The notes: generated from the letters alone by a model not told the origin. A stretch of 45,748 nucleotides of DNA from Macrostomum lignano (GCA_002269645.1 NIVC01001098.1:366963-412710), one strand, 5' to 3'; counted from the first letter of the stretch, positions 15,508 through 27,555 are shown. Translations and numbers: made by a program.

Positions 15508-15907
15508 ACTAGGCGTGTGCTAAAAGTTCATCGGGATTTCTACCTTAAGTGCTTCAATCAATTTTTCCATTGCCTTTTAATCGAAAGCTTAAAACAATGT
15601 TGTTGCTTAAATTCTCTACAAGTTATTTTGTTTCTACCAGCGCCTGTTCAGTTGTAAAGTTTGATTAAGTCTAATTGAGTAAAAGCTGTTGTTGTGACAC
15701 CAGAGTTGAGGCACAGACACTAGAATAACTAGGTATTCACTCGCAATTGAAGCTGCGAGAAAGCAGTGTCTACTCTTTTTCAGTAGTTTGTCTGCGCATT
15801 GTCACTCAAATTAATGTGAAAACTAAAATTTTATTTCCTTCAGGGTTTGTGGTCTTTGCGGTTAAGAATGGAAAACAAATTTAAATATATGTAGACAAGT
15901 GAACGCA

Positions 15908-16060
15908 AGACGGACGAAACTCGGTCTAGGGGGCAGGCCCAATCTAGCTCAGCCAATGAGAGAGCAGTAAGGAGAGAGTCCAAGTCAGACGGACGAAACT
16001 CAGCCTAGGGGGCAGGCCCAACAATCTAGCTCAGCCAATGAGAGAGCGGTAAGGAGAGAG
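15908..16060. repeat. ~79-bp tandem duplication, each unit containing CCAAT
   Basis: AGACGGACGAAACTC..GGGGGCAGGCCCA..TCTAGCTCAGCCAATGAGAGAGC..TAAGGAGAGAG at 15908 and 15987. Confidence 0.85.
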
Positions 16061-16959
16061 AGCAAAATCAGCTACAAGCGGGCAAGAGGAAAGCCAAACT
16101 GTTTATCGGCCTGGGTGAGGGCTGAAGCGCCACCTATTTTTCTATCTTTATCTTGCTATCCACACGCACTGGATCAGGTTTTTTGCTATCTCCAGTTTTA
16201 AATTGATTTTCTAAAAAATAATTTCAAGTCTGAGACAGTTTGGAATCAATAGTACAGGGTATAATTCAGATTTAATGGCTGCTTTTATAGAAAGTCAGAA
16301 GCGATCGCTGCAGCTTCAAAAATAAATATCTTGTGAATGAAATTTAATGACCTTTTCATTTTTCTTTCGAATACTAAAAGGCAAAAACACTTATATTACT
16401 ACTGAAAAAGAGTAGGTAGGCGCATTTTTTGTGAGTGGCATATCTAGTAGCTACATATATATCTTTAAGTTAAGGTAGAAATTCCGAAAACTTTTGTGGC
16501 ACCCCATTGATTAAACTTCAAGTGTGCCTCGGTTTTGCTTAAATTGGCCATATTGTTAAAATAATTGGTAATTGAAGACTTTTCTTCTCTATAACATAAG
16601 TATCGAGTGCATACTATTATTAATAACCTGTTACCTGTGCATTGCATAGAGTTACCTCTATACTTTTCAAGGTGAAAATTTCAAGCAAATATTCGCTGTT
16701 AGTGCATGATTTTTTTTCGTAAATAAAGACCATGGCATTTAGCTATTGAAGTAAAATTTTCTTGTGCCTACTCAGCGCCTTCTTGATTGCTTTTTTGATT
16801 TTTTTCTACATCAGTGTGTAGTCAGTTGTAGTCCCGTGTAGAGTGATAGCGATATTGTTTATATAAATAATAACTTGATTTGGTTGGGTATTTGCGGAAA
16901 TATTCTATATAATTTTTGTTCTCGTGATAAGCATTAATTCTTGTACAAATAAATATTGG

Positions 16960-17160
16960 CTAGAGACGTAGCTTGCTCAGTGGTAAATGCGCCTCGCTGC
17001 GCGACTGTAATGTGACTTACACCCATGAGGACCAACCCAGGGCACAGATAGTGTATTTGCCTGACGATTAGAAAGTCAAGACACCGTGTAAATGAGTGCG
17101 TGCCGGCCTACAGTATTGGCGCGCTTGTATTGTGCTCAAGAGTTAGTGGAATGGGAAAAA
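16960..17160 (+). mobile_element. Possible old SINE fragment upstream of GCNA
   Basis: A-box-like GTAGCTTGCTCAGTGGTAAATGCGC and a downstream GGCGCGCTTGTATTGTGCTC segment. No clear B box and no second copy in the window. Confidence 0.3.
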
Positions 17161-17258
17161 TTGCCTTTCTGCTTGTTGTGTGATAATGTCACTGGAGATG
17201 TTTACTCTGTAAATATTTAGTTAACTTTCATTTATGATACATTCATTGCTGAAGTGGC

Positions 17259-19526
17259 ATGGCGCTATCGCCTCCGGTTGACCTCCAAGTTGGTAACGAC
17301 ACCGATTTGTTGTCATCCACGTCGTCATCTTTTGTCTTCTGCTGCGGCGACTCCGCCAAGCCGTGCGAGCGTGGTGACATTAACGCCGCGATTAGATGTC
17401 TGAGCGAGCGCAACGAACGCATTGCCGCTCGCTTGGAGATGCGTCAGCCTGCTCAAAGGCGTTTCGGAAGTCTAGTTCGTAATCTTCAAGTGGAGTTGGA
17501 GCAGTGTGAGATTGTTGAAAGCGAGCAGCCTGGGACATCGTCTGCAGCTCCAGCGTCTAGCTCCCCAGTGAAAAGGTTGGCGTCGCCACCAGCACCAGAC
17601 TTGAGTCACATAGATGATCTTTCAGCTCCGGTTACGCAAGGACAGCTTCTTTTGCAGAAGCAGTGTCTTACAAATGCTATTGTTGTAGAAGAGGCATCGG
17701 GATGTTCTGAAGATGAGGTTTCTAGTGCCGATCCTGCTGGGGCTCTTTGCAGCATTAGTCGTGTCTGGAACAAGCTAAAAGATTTAACCATATCATCGCC
17801 TCAAAATGCGCACTTGCAGACTGATAATTCCAAGACTTCCCCTCCATCAAAAAGTGCTGCAGAATCCATTTTCACTTCGGACAATTCAAATATGGCTGCA
17901 AGTTCGGTCTCCGCTGCTAGAACTAGCCCTGAACCTGTTTCGAAGCCCATCTCGAAACCTGCTTCTGTGCTAAACTCTGAGTCTACTAGTGCCAGAGGTA
18001 ACGTAGATCTAGTTGGAAGACTCAACTCGGAGCCAGTCGAAAAATCTGTAGACGCCGCACCTGCAGTTTCTAACGCCGCTACTCATGTGTCTAACAAAGT
18101 TAGTGACGATGATGACGACTCAGCCGATGAGAAATTTGAAGCGTTTCTTCTGCAACAGCGTCAGAATTTACGTCCATTACCTTCGGAATCGGAGCATTCC
18201 GCAGATTTGAGAAATAATGGAGTTAGACGTCATGGTGATAGTAGTTTTGTTGTGCCGGACAGTAATGCCGATTCCGACGATGTCGCAAATGATAAAACTG
18301 GCCAATCTTCGAATTCCTCTGTCAGTTCAGAAAGTACCAATAGCAGCCGACATTCTTTGGCTCAGAAAGAAAAAGAGAACTGTGAAGATGAAGGCAAAAA
18401 GAATGTCAGTGAAAATTCGACTGTTACCGCTTCGGCTCCTTCGACTGTCAATCACCCACGACCTGGACGCCGCCCAATTCGACTTTCAACAATATTTACT
18501 TCCGAGTCTTCGTCCAGTTCTAATTCATCTTTCTCTAACGACTCAGAGACAGCACCAAAAAGGACTGTCTCATCAACTCAGCCGCGTTATCCATCACAAG
18601 CGCCTCGATCAACAGCAATAACGCCTCTGACGCAAAAACAGCGCCGACAAAGGCGGGAAGCAACTTCCTGGACTCCAATAGCCCTGAGTCCAGTGCGGCA
18701 CATGGATTTTCTAACATCGCTTAATGAGGACGTACCGGACGAGTCGCGCCACCCAGACGCCGTGCAATTTGTGCGCAATTTTCGTCAGCGCCGCGACCAG
18801 CTTGCTCAATATCTTGTGCGTCTTTTTAATCACACAGCTTTTGATGGGCTGCTACCCCCTGATCTTGTCGTCAGTTGGAACCGCCGTCTGACAACAACAG
18901 CCGGCTATTGTCGCTATCAACGGCGTCGCGTCTCGGACTACTGCGTCGGTTCTGATGACAACAACGACGACCGCGGTGCTGAAAACCTGGTTGTAACCAA
19001 CGTTGGCATCACGCGTACCTGCCGAATTGAGCTGTCTGTAAAAGTCTGCGACTCGGCATCTCGGACTCGTGACACCCTTGTTCACGAGCTCTGTCACGCT
19101 GCCTGTTGGCTCATTAACGGTGCAAACGATGGCCATGGTCGTCTGTGGAAAGCTTGGACTGCAAAGTGCTCCCGGGCTCATCCTTCACTGCCTCCGATTC
19201 GTCGATGTCATGCCTACGTAGTGGAAAAGAAGTTTCTTTACAAGTGCGCCTCGTGTGGCTACTCTCTGGCCAGGCATTCCCGTTCTATTCGGGGACCCGA
19301 TTGTGTGTGTCCCCGTTGTCGGCAAGGGCGCTTAGAGTGCCATGTAAACACGCCAGACGGACGCAAGCGGTTAAGCCAAGCTTTGCGACCGCCTACCGCG
19401 TTTGCCCGCTTTGTGAAGGAGCATTATGGCTCAGTGAGGTCGGCTCGGAAGTCTCTTAATCACGCAGGTGTTATGCGCGAGCTGTCTAACAAATTTCGCC
19501 AAGTGCAACAGCAGCAATCTCTGTAA
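17259..19526 (+). CDS. GCNA: Germ cell nuclear acidic peptidase (ACRC), SprT-like metalloprotease; single exon, 755 aa
   Basis: Long Ser/acidic disordered N-terminus, then LFNHTAFDGLLP..SWNRRLTTTAGYC, IELSVKVCDS..RDTLVHELCHAACW (HExxH), GHGRLWKAW, CxxC..CxxC zinc finger and a C-terminal HMG-like FARFVKEHYGSV. Confidence 0.92.
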   Translation: MALSPPVDLQVGNDTDLLSSTSSSFVFCCGDSAKPCERGDINAAIRCLSERNERIAARLEMRQPAQRRFGSLVRNLQVELEQCEIVESEQPGTSSAAPASSSPVKRLASPPAPDLSHIDDLSAPVTQGQLLLQKQCLTNAIVVEEASGCSEDEVSSADPAGALCSISRVWNKLKDLTISSPQNAHLQTDNSKTSPPSKSAAESIFTSDNSNMAASSVSAARTSPEPVSKPISKPASVLNSESTSARGNVDLVGRLNSEPVEKSVDAAPAVSNAATHVSNKVSDDDDDSADEKFEAFLLQQRQNLRPLPSESEHSADLRNNGVRRHGDSSFVVPDSNADSDDVANDKTGQSSNSSVSSESTNSSRHSLAQKEKENCEDEGKKNVSENSTVTASAPSTVNHPRPGRRPIRLSTIFTSESSSSSNSSFSNDSETAPKRTVSSTQPRYPSQAPRSTAITPLTQKQRRQRREATSWTPIALSPVRHMDFLTSLNEDVPDESRHPDAVQFVRNFRQRRDQLAQYLVRLFNHTAFDGLLPPDLVVSWNRRLTTTAGYCRYQRRRVSDYCVGSDDNNDDRGAENLVVTNVGITRTCRIELSVKVCDSASRTRDTLVHELCHAACWLINGANDGHGRLWKAWTAKCSRAHPSLPPIRRCHAYVVEKKFLYKCASCGYSLARHSRSIRGPDCVCPRCRQGRLECHVNTPDGRKRLSQALRPPTAFARFVKEHYGSVRSARKSLNHAGVMRELSNKFRQVQQQQSL

Positions 19527-20264
19527 TTTTTATTACTAAACTAATACAATTCGATCTAATTCTGCTAGTCTTTTTGAACCTTGCTCCTAGCCGGTTTTTT
19601 CATTCTTATTTAGTATCGTTTTGTAAGGTAGAAGGTCTGTAAAATAAGTGGTTTAGATTGCGTTGTAAATTAGGTTGTAAATTATAATCGTACGCTATTT
19701 ATTTATTCATATTTGATCCTTTCTCTATAGGTGTGCATTTGAACTATAATCTCTGTTTTACTTGTATTTTTCAGTTTGTGCTAAAAGTTGTTTGATATAA
19801 TAAAAACTGCAAAAATTGCGTACTTAATGTGCTACTATTCAGGTACTATTTCTGCTTATACTGGCGGAACATCTGACCTTGTTTTATTATTGAATTGTAT
19901 TTTAGGGCATTTTCTCAACGCTTTTGTGAAAAATTAAAGTGCATTTTAAGGTAATTTTCGGTCCTGTTTATATCGTAATTATAGTATTATTATGTATTGC
20001 TCGAAATAGTTCGGTCACTATTTTTGCTACTAGCTATCTTTGATAGGTATGACTTTTACGAGTTGCAAATATACATTGTACAATATTTTTACCTTGTGCA
20101 TACTTCGATTTTACTTTGTTCTTTCTAAAATTTTGGTTTCTTACATTAAGTATTGCAGCTTTATTTTCTGAGGGTAAAGTAAACCAAACGAGTTGATATG
20201 CCACTTTCATATTCCCACCAAGAAATTATCTCTAAGATATTAACTGTTGGAGATGTGATGTGTC

Positions 20265-21350
20265 AGAGATATAAGTGTCGGGGATATGAAGTGTCGGAGA
20301 TATAGTGTCGGAGATGTGAAGTGTTGGAGATATGGGAGATATGAAGTGTCGGAGATGTGAAGTGTTGGAGATATGGGAGATATGAAGTGTCGGAGATGTG
20401 AAGTGTCGGAGATGTGAAGTGTCGGAGATATGGGAGATATAAGGTGTCGGAGATGTTAAGTGTCGGAGATATGGGGGATATGAAGTGTCGAAGAAATGAA
20501 GTGTCGGAGTTATAGGGGATATGAAGTGTCGGAGATATGGGGGATATGAAGTGTCGGAGATATGGGGGATATGAAGTGTCGGAGATATGGGGGATATGAA
20601 GTGTCGGAGATATGGGGGATATGAAGTGTCGGAGATATGGGGGATATAAAGTGTCGGAGATATGGGGGATATGAAGTGTCGGAGATATGGGGGATATGAA
20701 GTGTCGGAGATATGGGGGATATGAATTGTCGGAGATATGGGGGATATAAAGTGTCGGAGATATGAAGTGTCGGAGATATAAAGTGTCGGAGATATAAAGT
20801 GTCGGAGATATAAAGTGTCGGAGATATAAAGTGTCGGAGATATAAAGTGTCAGAGACATAAAGTGTCGGAGATATGGGGGATATGAAATGTCGGAGATAT
20901 AAAGTGTCAGAGACATAAAGTGTCGGAGATATGAAGTGTCGGAGATATGGGGGATATGAAGTGTCGGAGATATGAAGTGTCGGAGATATGAAGTGTCGGA
21001 GATATAAAGTGTCGGAGATATGAAGTGTCAGAGACATAAAGTGTCGGAGATATGAAGTGTCGGAGATATGAAGTGTCAGAGACATAAAGTGTCGGAGATA
21101 TGAAGTGTCGGAGATATGAAGTGTCGGAGATATGAAGTGTCGGAGATATGAAGTGTCGGAGATATGAAGTGTCGGAGACATAAAGTGTCGGAGATATGAA
21201 GTGTCGGAGATATGGGGGATATGAAGTGTCGGAGATATGGGGGATATGAATTGTCGGAGATATGGGGGATATGAAGTGTCGAAGATATGGGGGATATGAA
21301 GTGTCGGAGATATAAAGTGTCGGAGATGTGAAGTGTCGCAGATGTGAAAG
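20265..21350. repeat. 16-bp minisatellite (GTGTCGGAGATATGAA) with 25-bp GGGGGATAT-insert variants, ~1.1 kb
   Basis: Directly visible; it produces the HISDTSYLR pseudo-ORFs on minus. Confidence 0.95.
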
Positions 21351-21545
21351 AAGCTTCTTTGGAGATTTGAAATTTAACATATATGACCCTCCGTGATAGA
21401 TGAAATGGATCACGGTAACTTGCAGTTTTGGTCCATCGAAATTGTAGCGATTAAAGTTTCTTAGATTCTAGGTGTGATCTTTAGATGTTCGATATATATG
21501 TATACTGATAGCTATGCCGACTTAGACCGACTGTCTCTATACTGC

Positions 21546-24040
21546 ATGCAAAGCCCACTGCCAAGTGCTTCTAGCTCCTCGCTAGCTGCGGCTGAAGCTG
21601 CAGACGAGGAGACAGAGAAGCCCACACTGTCTCCTACATCGTCATCGTCATCTCCAGCGGCCAGTCCGGAACCAGTTGATTGGTTAGAGTTGGAGAGCGA
21701 TCCGGGACTCTTCACGTTGCTAATTGAGGATATGGGCGTGACCGGAGTGCAGGTTGAAGAGATCTACGATCTGCAGAAGCCTATGCAAGAGGGCGATACG
21801 GTCTACGGCTTTGTGTTTCTATTCAAGTGGATTGAAGAACGCCGGCCAGCTAAGCAGCGCAGGAGTAACAACTGGCAGGCTGGAACTGCTAGCAATAATG
21901 CAGTGGACGCCCAGCATCAGAAACAGCCGTCAAAGCCTGACCCATTAGCAGCCAACTCCGATTCCCAAATTCAGACACAGCAGCAAAAGCTTCCAGCAGC
22001 AGCAGCAGCAGGCCAAAATGACGATACCGTTTCAACGGACTTGTTCTTTGCTCGTCAAACTGTGCCAAACTCGTGTGCCACGCATTCGTTGTTGAGCATT
22101 CTGTTAAATAGTACATCTGAGCTAGATCTGGGCCCTACTCTCACCAGGCTTCGGGCCTCCTGTCGCGGTCTCGACCCGACACGTCGTGGCGACGCCATTG
22201 GCCGCACGCCTGAACTGGCTCGAGCGCACAATCGGCATGCCAGACCTTCTGACAGGCCGCTGACACTAGCTCATAAGCGCATGCATCATCGTAGCATTCA
22301 CCACATTGGTCACGGCGGTACCGGTGGTTCCGCCGGAAGTTCTCTATCAAATGTAGGCGCCGACTCCGCATCCGGCTCTGGCGCCAGTGTGATAGTCAGC
22401 TCCCCGGATCAGGACGATCAGGACGGTTGCGCCGGTGACACGTTTCACTTTGTCTCTTTCATTCCGCACAATGGCAGTCTGCTTGAGTTAGATGGACTGC
22501 GCGCTGAGCCTACTAATCATGGACCTTTAGATCGGCCTTGGACGCGCACTTTTCTACGCGTTATACGCGACAGAGTAGGCTTGACCCCCGTATCTGGCTC
22601 GGCCCCTTTTGCCACCTCATCTGCCGGCCACGCCTCCACTCTTGCCTCGTCAGCCGCCGGTGACATCATGTACAACCTGATGGCCGTGGTTCCAGACAAA
22701 CGGCGTCAGCTTGACCGACGAATTAGTACTTTAGAGGCTAACTTATCGATTATTGAAGGTGCTATCGACAAGCTTTTTGCTGGTAAGTTTGATCAATTTT
22801 GCTTGATAATTTGATTTCCACAAATGACTTTATATTATAATCATGTCTTTCATATGGTATATCAGGGATGTCTGCGTTATATTACCGTAGATACAATATA
22901 TGCTTATATCCATTTCTATATTCTCGTAGATAAGAAGGTTAAGTACATATCAATTAACAGTTTCTCTTATCAAAGCGTGTCGGTTGAGTGGAATTTAAAA
23001 AAATTGATTTCTTATGATGTTGCTTGCAGCCATGAGGGCCAGCCCCCAAGGCACACAGAGTGTACATATGCCGGACGGTTAGACAGTCAAAGAGCCGCTG
23101 TACACTGTTAAGTGAAAACTGTTAAGTGAGAGAACTGTTAAGTGAAACTACACAATACGCTTCTTTTGCAGGCGGTCGTGTAAGCACTGAGGATATATCC
23201 TCATTTAGTGCCGCAGTTGGAACCTCATCTATTAAGCTGGAGCTCGGCAGCCATCAGGGTGAACAGGATAGTGAAGTGCTGCAAATCGGCAACTCTCAGC
23301 CAGCAACTCCGCAGCAACAGGAGCCACAGTTGCTAACTCTGTGCAGCAACTCAACTTCTGGCGGCGCCGATTTCACCAAGCCGCTAACCATTGAGACGAA
23401 TCCGTCTTTAAAAAATGTATCAGCTCCGCGAAGGCATTCGTCATCGGGTCCTTCGAGCGATAGTCCGGTCTCTTCTGCTGCAAGCTGTGGCGGCCAGCAC
23501 CTTAGTCCGCAAGTTCAAGCAAGCCATGGCTCCAGCGGCAGTGGAAACAAATACTCGACTAGAGCTGCCGCTCGCCGCGACAGTCAGGCTGCCGCCGCCG
23601 CCGCAGCCGCCGCCGCCGCCACCACGGCAACTTCTACCACCGTATCAGCTTCCACCTCGGCTGCTGCATCCACAGCGCAGCTGTCATCATCTATCACAAT
23701 GTCGCCAAGTCCTACAGCTGGCGGCAGTCTTCGCTCTTTCACCGAATCGGAGCTGTTGCAGTTGATGAAAATGGTTCAACAATCGCTCGCCCAGTGCCGG
23801 CAGCAGCTAGCTGAGGAGCAGGAAAAGTACGCCAAATATCGAACTGACGACTGCAGACGGTGCTTCGATTACGATCCGCTTATTCGAGCATTTCTCACCG
23901 AGCTTGACTCGGCAAACCTGCTGCGCGAGCTTGTTGAACAGCAGCAACAGCAGCAGGCGGCGGCTAACAAGCGAAAACGCGTTGGCAGCCACCCTGGACT
24001 ACTGTCCGCGCTAACCAAGAAGCGGAACCGGCCTCGGTAA
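21546..24040 (+). CDS. BAP1: BAP1/calypso ubiquitin C-terminal hydrolase; exons 21546-22782 and 23172-24040 (alternative in-frame ATG at 21498)
   Basis: WLELESDPGLFTLLIEDMGVTGVQVEEIYDL, YGFVFLFKWIEERR, QTVPNSCATH (catalytic Cys), FHFVSF (His), LELDGL (Asp), NLMAVVPDKR, a C-terminal ULD helix and a basic NLS. Phase-1 GT-AG intron 22783-23171 joins the two ORFs in frame. Confidence 0.92.
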
Positions 24041-24115
24041 CATTCGCGATTGACAGCTGCATCGTACTATGGGGTATTTCGAAAGTAACGAGATTTTTTT
24101 TGTAACTTTTGACTG

Positions 24116-24121
24116 AATAAA
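24116..24121 (+). terminator. Candidate polyadenylation signal for BAP1
   Basis: AATAAA 76 nt after the stop codon. Confidence 0.45.
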
Positions 24122-24305
24122 CTTATGAACTTGAATTTTTTATCGAACAATTTTACACATATGGACAACTAACAACTTTATTTTATCCTTGAATAGTTTG
24201 GGTTGCACTAATTAGTTAATAGATTTTTACCATAGAGAATGCTTTGAAAAAACTCCTACCAAATTTAAGTTCCGCGCGTCCAGTTTATCAGTAGTCCTTG
24301 GCCTA

Positions 24306-24451
24306 TAGGGGTTTTAGTCTAGTGGTTGGATCGGCGGACTCACGACTTGAAGGTCGGAGGTTCGATTCCCGATCCCACTGGAACAATTTTTGTCCTTAAG
24401 CAAGACACTTAACTCTGCATTGCTTCAGTTCACCCAGCTGTAAAATTGGGT
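24306..24451 (+). mobile_element. SINE family B, 5' part (tRNA-like head plus central domain)
   Basis: A box TAGTCTAGTGG, B box GGTTCGATTCC, then GTCCTTAAGCAAGACACTTAACTCTGCATTGCTTCAGTTCACCCAGCTGTAAAATTGGGT. Confidence 0.75.
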
Positions 24452-25884
24452 GATTGTACTTATATTGCTGCATGCAACTGTGTGATTATAAATGAAAGTC
24501 CATACCTCAAGATTAAAAAATACGATTTTTTTCTATGGCAAAAAGACCCGGCTACTTCTGATAAGGGCCCTTCTTTCCGCTCTCTATGGGCGAAGTTGCA
24601 CCTGGGAAGAATTTCGCAGTTTCGAGCTGCATAGCGCTGTTAGTTGCCCATAGGTCGTATGTATAAAAATGAAATTGTTGGCTTTTAAGTTTCAAGTTCA
24701 TTCAGTCAAAAGTTATAACGAAATTCTCTTTACTTTTAAAACACCCCTTCTACTAAAAATAATTCACTTCGTTGTTGACCCTGTATTCGTCTTATATTCA
24801 GCTAAATTTATTGCTTATTATTGCTTGAATTTTGCATAATTCCGTTTAGGTATAAATTTTTTCACTATGTTCAGCTGTACAAGTTGATTAAGTGGTTTGA
24901 TTTTTTATGATTTTTTTGTTCCTGTTAGATACTCAATGTAGCATAAATCAGCAATTGCATCAGCTTGTGTACATAATTTGAAAAAAATACAAGTTAAGCT
25001 ATGAAAATTATAGTATACAGTTAGCTATAACTTAAAAATGTCTTCGAAATTACATTAATTAGTGGTAGCATTGACTCTAAAATCTCATAAAGACGCTTAT
25101 TTAGTCCGATGGTGACTTTTCTAAGAGTTTTATTGACAATAAACTTAGCATTTGAATTGCACTACAATTTTCATGTGGGTAGTTACTATCTGATTGTTTA
25201 CATTTCCCAAAAATGCCCAACAATGCAGAAATTAGCTTCATCTCTACAAAAAAGTTTGTGAGAAGCTTACAATTTAAAATTGAAATTGAGTTATAAGATG
25301 TTTGTAGCATTGTTGTACAGTTCTTATATTTTTTATTCTTGCAGCATATTGCGGTGAATGTTGTTCAGCAATATTGTTATTTCGTCTAAATGTCTGTTAA
25401 AGCATTCATTGCTTGTTAAAGTTTGGCAGGTTATTATAATAAATCATTAATTTATCTTTAAATGCTCTCCTACAACTTCCGTTTTTCTAATATGTTTGTG
25501 TTCCTTTTCTTTCTTCCTAGGTTTTTCTGCTAGTAAAAAGCATCTATTGATCCGCATAGTATAATCACTGATCGTCATACTAGTTTTAGTAGAGTCTAAA
25601 GAATATAGAAGCTCTGCTATTTGTTATTTTCCTCTTCATTATGAGCCCCAGTTTCTTTCCTTTGATATTTGCCGCTTACTGTTCGCTTATAGTTGGTGCT
25701 GACGAGTGGCGGGCCCGGTCTGGGAATTGACGTCTGACAAAGATGGATTAGCCGGAGTAAAAAAATCGGATTCAAACTGGGTATGTCGCCAGTAAACACT
25801 TTAGCGGAATGCTACTTTTATAAATTAATAGGATACATTGTGTATCTATATATTGCATGTATTGCATTGTACATAAATTAATCT

Positions 25885-26190
25885 AATAATAATTAATTGC
25901 ATCTGCCCTAATGGACAGATGTGTAACCGACAGCTCAGCCGCAGCTATTGCGCGGCGCATCTGAAGGCTGCGTACGGCTGTTCAGTCCAAGCACTGGGGG
26001 GGGGGGGGGTCGCCACACACAGCCTCAATTACCCCAGCTAATGCTGGCACCCATTTTACAGCTGGGTGAACTGAAGCAATGCAGAGTTGTGTCTTGCTGA
26101 AGGACAAATTGTTCCAGTGGGTTCGGGAATCGAACCCCCGACCTTCAATTTGTGAGTCCGACGCTCTTACCAATAAGCTACTACCTCCTA
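25885..26190 (-). mobile_element. SINE family B, near full length
   Basis: On minus: TAGCTTATTGG (A box), GGTTCGATTCC (B box), the same central domain as 24306-24451, and an AT-rich 3' tail. Confidence 0.8.
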
Positions 26191-26449
26191 TTGCGCCTAT
26201 GCAACTCTCTCTCTAGTCACTCATGGACACTTCAGGCAGAAACGTCCTTGAAATTTAGTTGATTTTCATGTGCCTAACACTACACGAGTAACTTTATGTG
26301 CTTATATTTTCTGGTTTTGGCTTTTGATCCTGGACAACAATAGCTGTTAGATTGTCTTTATTAATATTGCCTAATTTAGATAAAAATTATATTCTTATAT
26401 TTGAATTTTTTATTTCAGGGTGTCAATTTGCTGCTCAAAATAGCAAAAT

Positions 26450-27555
26450 ATGAGTTCAACGGCTCACATTGAAAATGTTTTTGACGATAAATACTTGCTA
26501 GTGAGTACATTCGAAAGCTTGTGGTCTTTTTGTTCAATACTATTGGTAGGCGTGTATTATTCAAATTCTTTCTATCACACTTATTTTAGCTTCTATTAAT
26601 GTGCTGCGAGCCGGATTTGGACGACCCGACCATTATTTTGAATTATTTAATATTTGTTCACACCTATATTGACGCGAACGGACGTCTTCTTCGCAGTAAA
26701 CTCAGTGCGCTGCAGCAATTGAATGCTTCTATGCGTTCACGCGATAAAGATGCCCAGGTTGAGCATGAGTTGCCACTGCCATCTTGTCGAGATCTGCCAG
26801 ATTCGAAGCTTGCAGAACTCTCTGCTTCAGCTGAGCGTATAGCCTCTAGTGTAGAGGAGCTGAGCTTAGTTTGCGCCGACTTTGAGGAGCAGATTGAGCA
26901 CCATAATATCGAGTCGCACGCCAGGTTGTCTTTGGCGGAGTCCTCAGCGGCGCAGGCCGCAGCTGAAGCAGCAAAACTGCGTCGCGAATCCGCTTCGCGC
27001 GCTTTGGAGTCGGCCGCTGCTGAAACGTCGCGTTTGCGCTCTCAGCGTAAGATGCAGGAGACATCGACGCAGCTCATTGCTGCACGTTCTGTCACTAAGC
27101 TCCGACGCTACCAAGTTGAGTGCAAGGATCTAGAAGAGCGCTTGAACATTACTAACGCTAGCCTTGCCAAGTGGCGGCGTCGTCTTGATTCCCATCGTCA
27201 GGCGCACGCGAGTAAAGTTGCTGCCATGTCTGAAGATCATTCACACCGCATGGCGACTTATAGAAAGCAAATTTCCGAAGCTCAAAAGTTGCCACTTGCA
27301 AGTGGCCAGTTTTTCATTGCTATGAAAACTCGCTTTGAATTGATCACACGCTTAATGGAGCATCGATTTGAATTCTACTGCGACCAGCTGTCCAAGTTGC
27401 GACATCTGCTTAACACCCGGCGTGCTAAACGACTTGACCAGGAGCAAGCATTCCGGAGTAACATGCATACTAATCCAACAGCACATGCCCGTACTTCCAG
27501 CTTTGGATCTGCCACAAATAGTGCTCAATTGCACTTTACTAGTTGGGGGATATAA
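26450..27555 (+). CDS. Uncharacterised coiled-coil protein; exons 26450-26500 and 26590-27555 (3' end uncertain)
   Basis: Small ATG exon (MSSTAHIENVFDDKYLL) with a GTGAGT donor joins in phase 0, via TTATTTTAG, to a long Ala/Glu/Arg/Leu-rich helical ORF. Family not recognised. Confidence 0.65.

Noticed and set aside
15960-16010. Hammerhead ribozyme (GTCC..GGACGAAAC resembles stem II plus GAAA)
   Set aside because: The required upstream CUGANGA core is absent (the sequence reads GGAGAGA) and no stems I or III are evident.
20263-21413. HISDTSYLR repeat proteins; likewise the ORFs over 9853-10333, 14021-15000, 31898-32236 and 42618-43344
   Set aside because: These are translations of mini- or microsatellites.
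24306-24380. tRNA genes (also at about 26110-26190 and 39730-39802)
   Set aside because: A and B boxes are present but there is no complete cloverleaf, and each continues into SINE body sequence.
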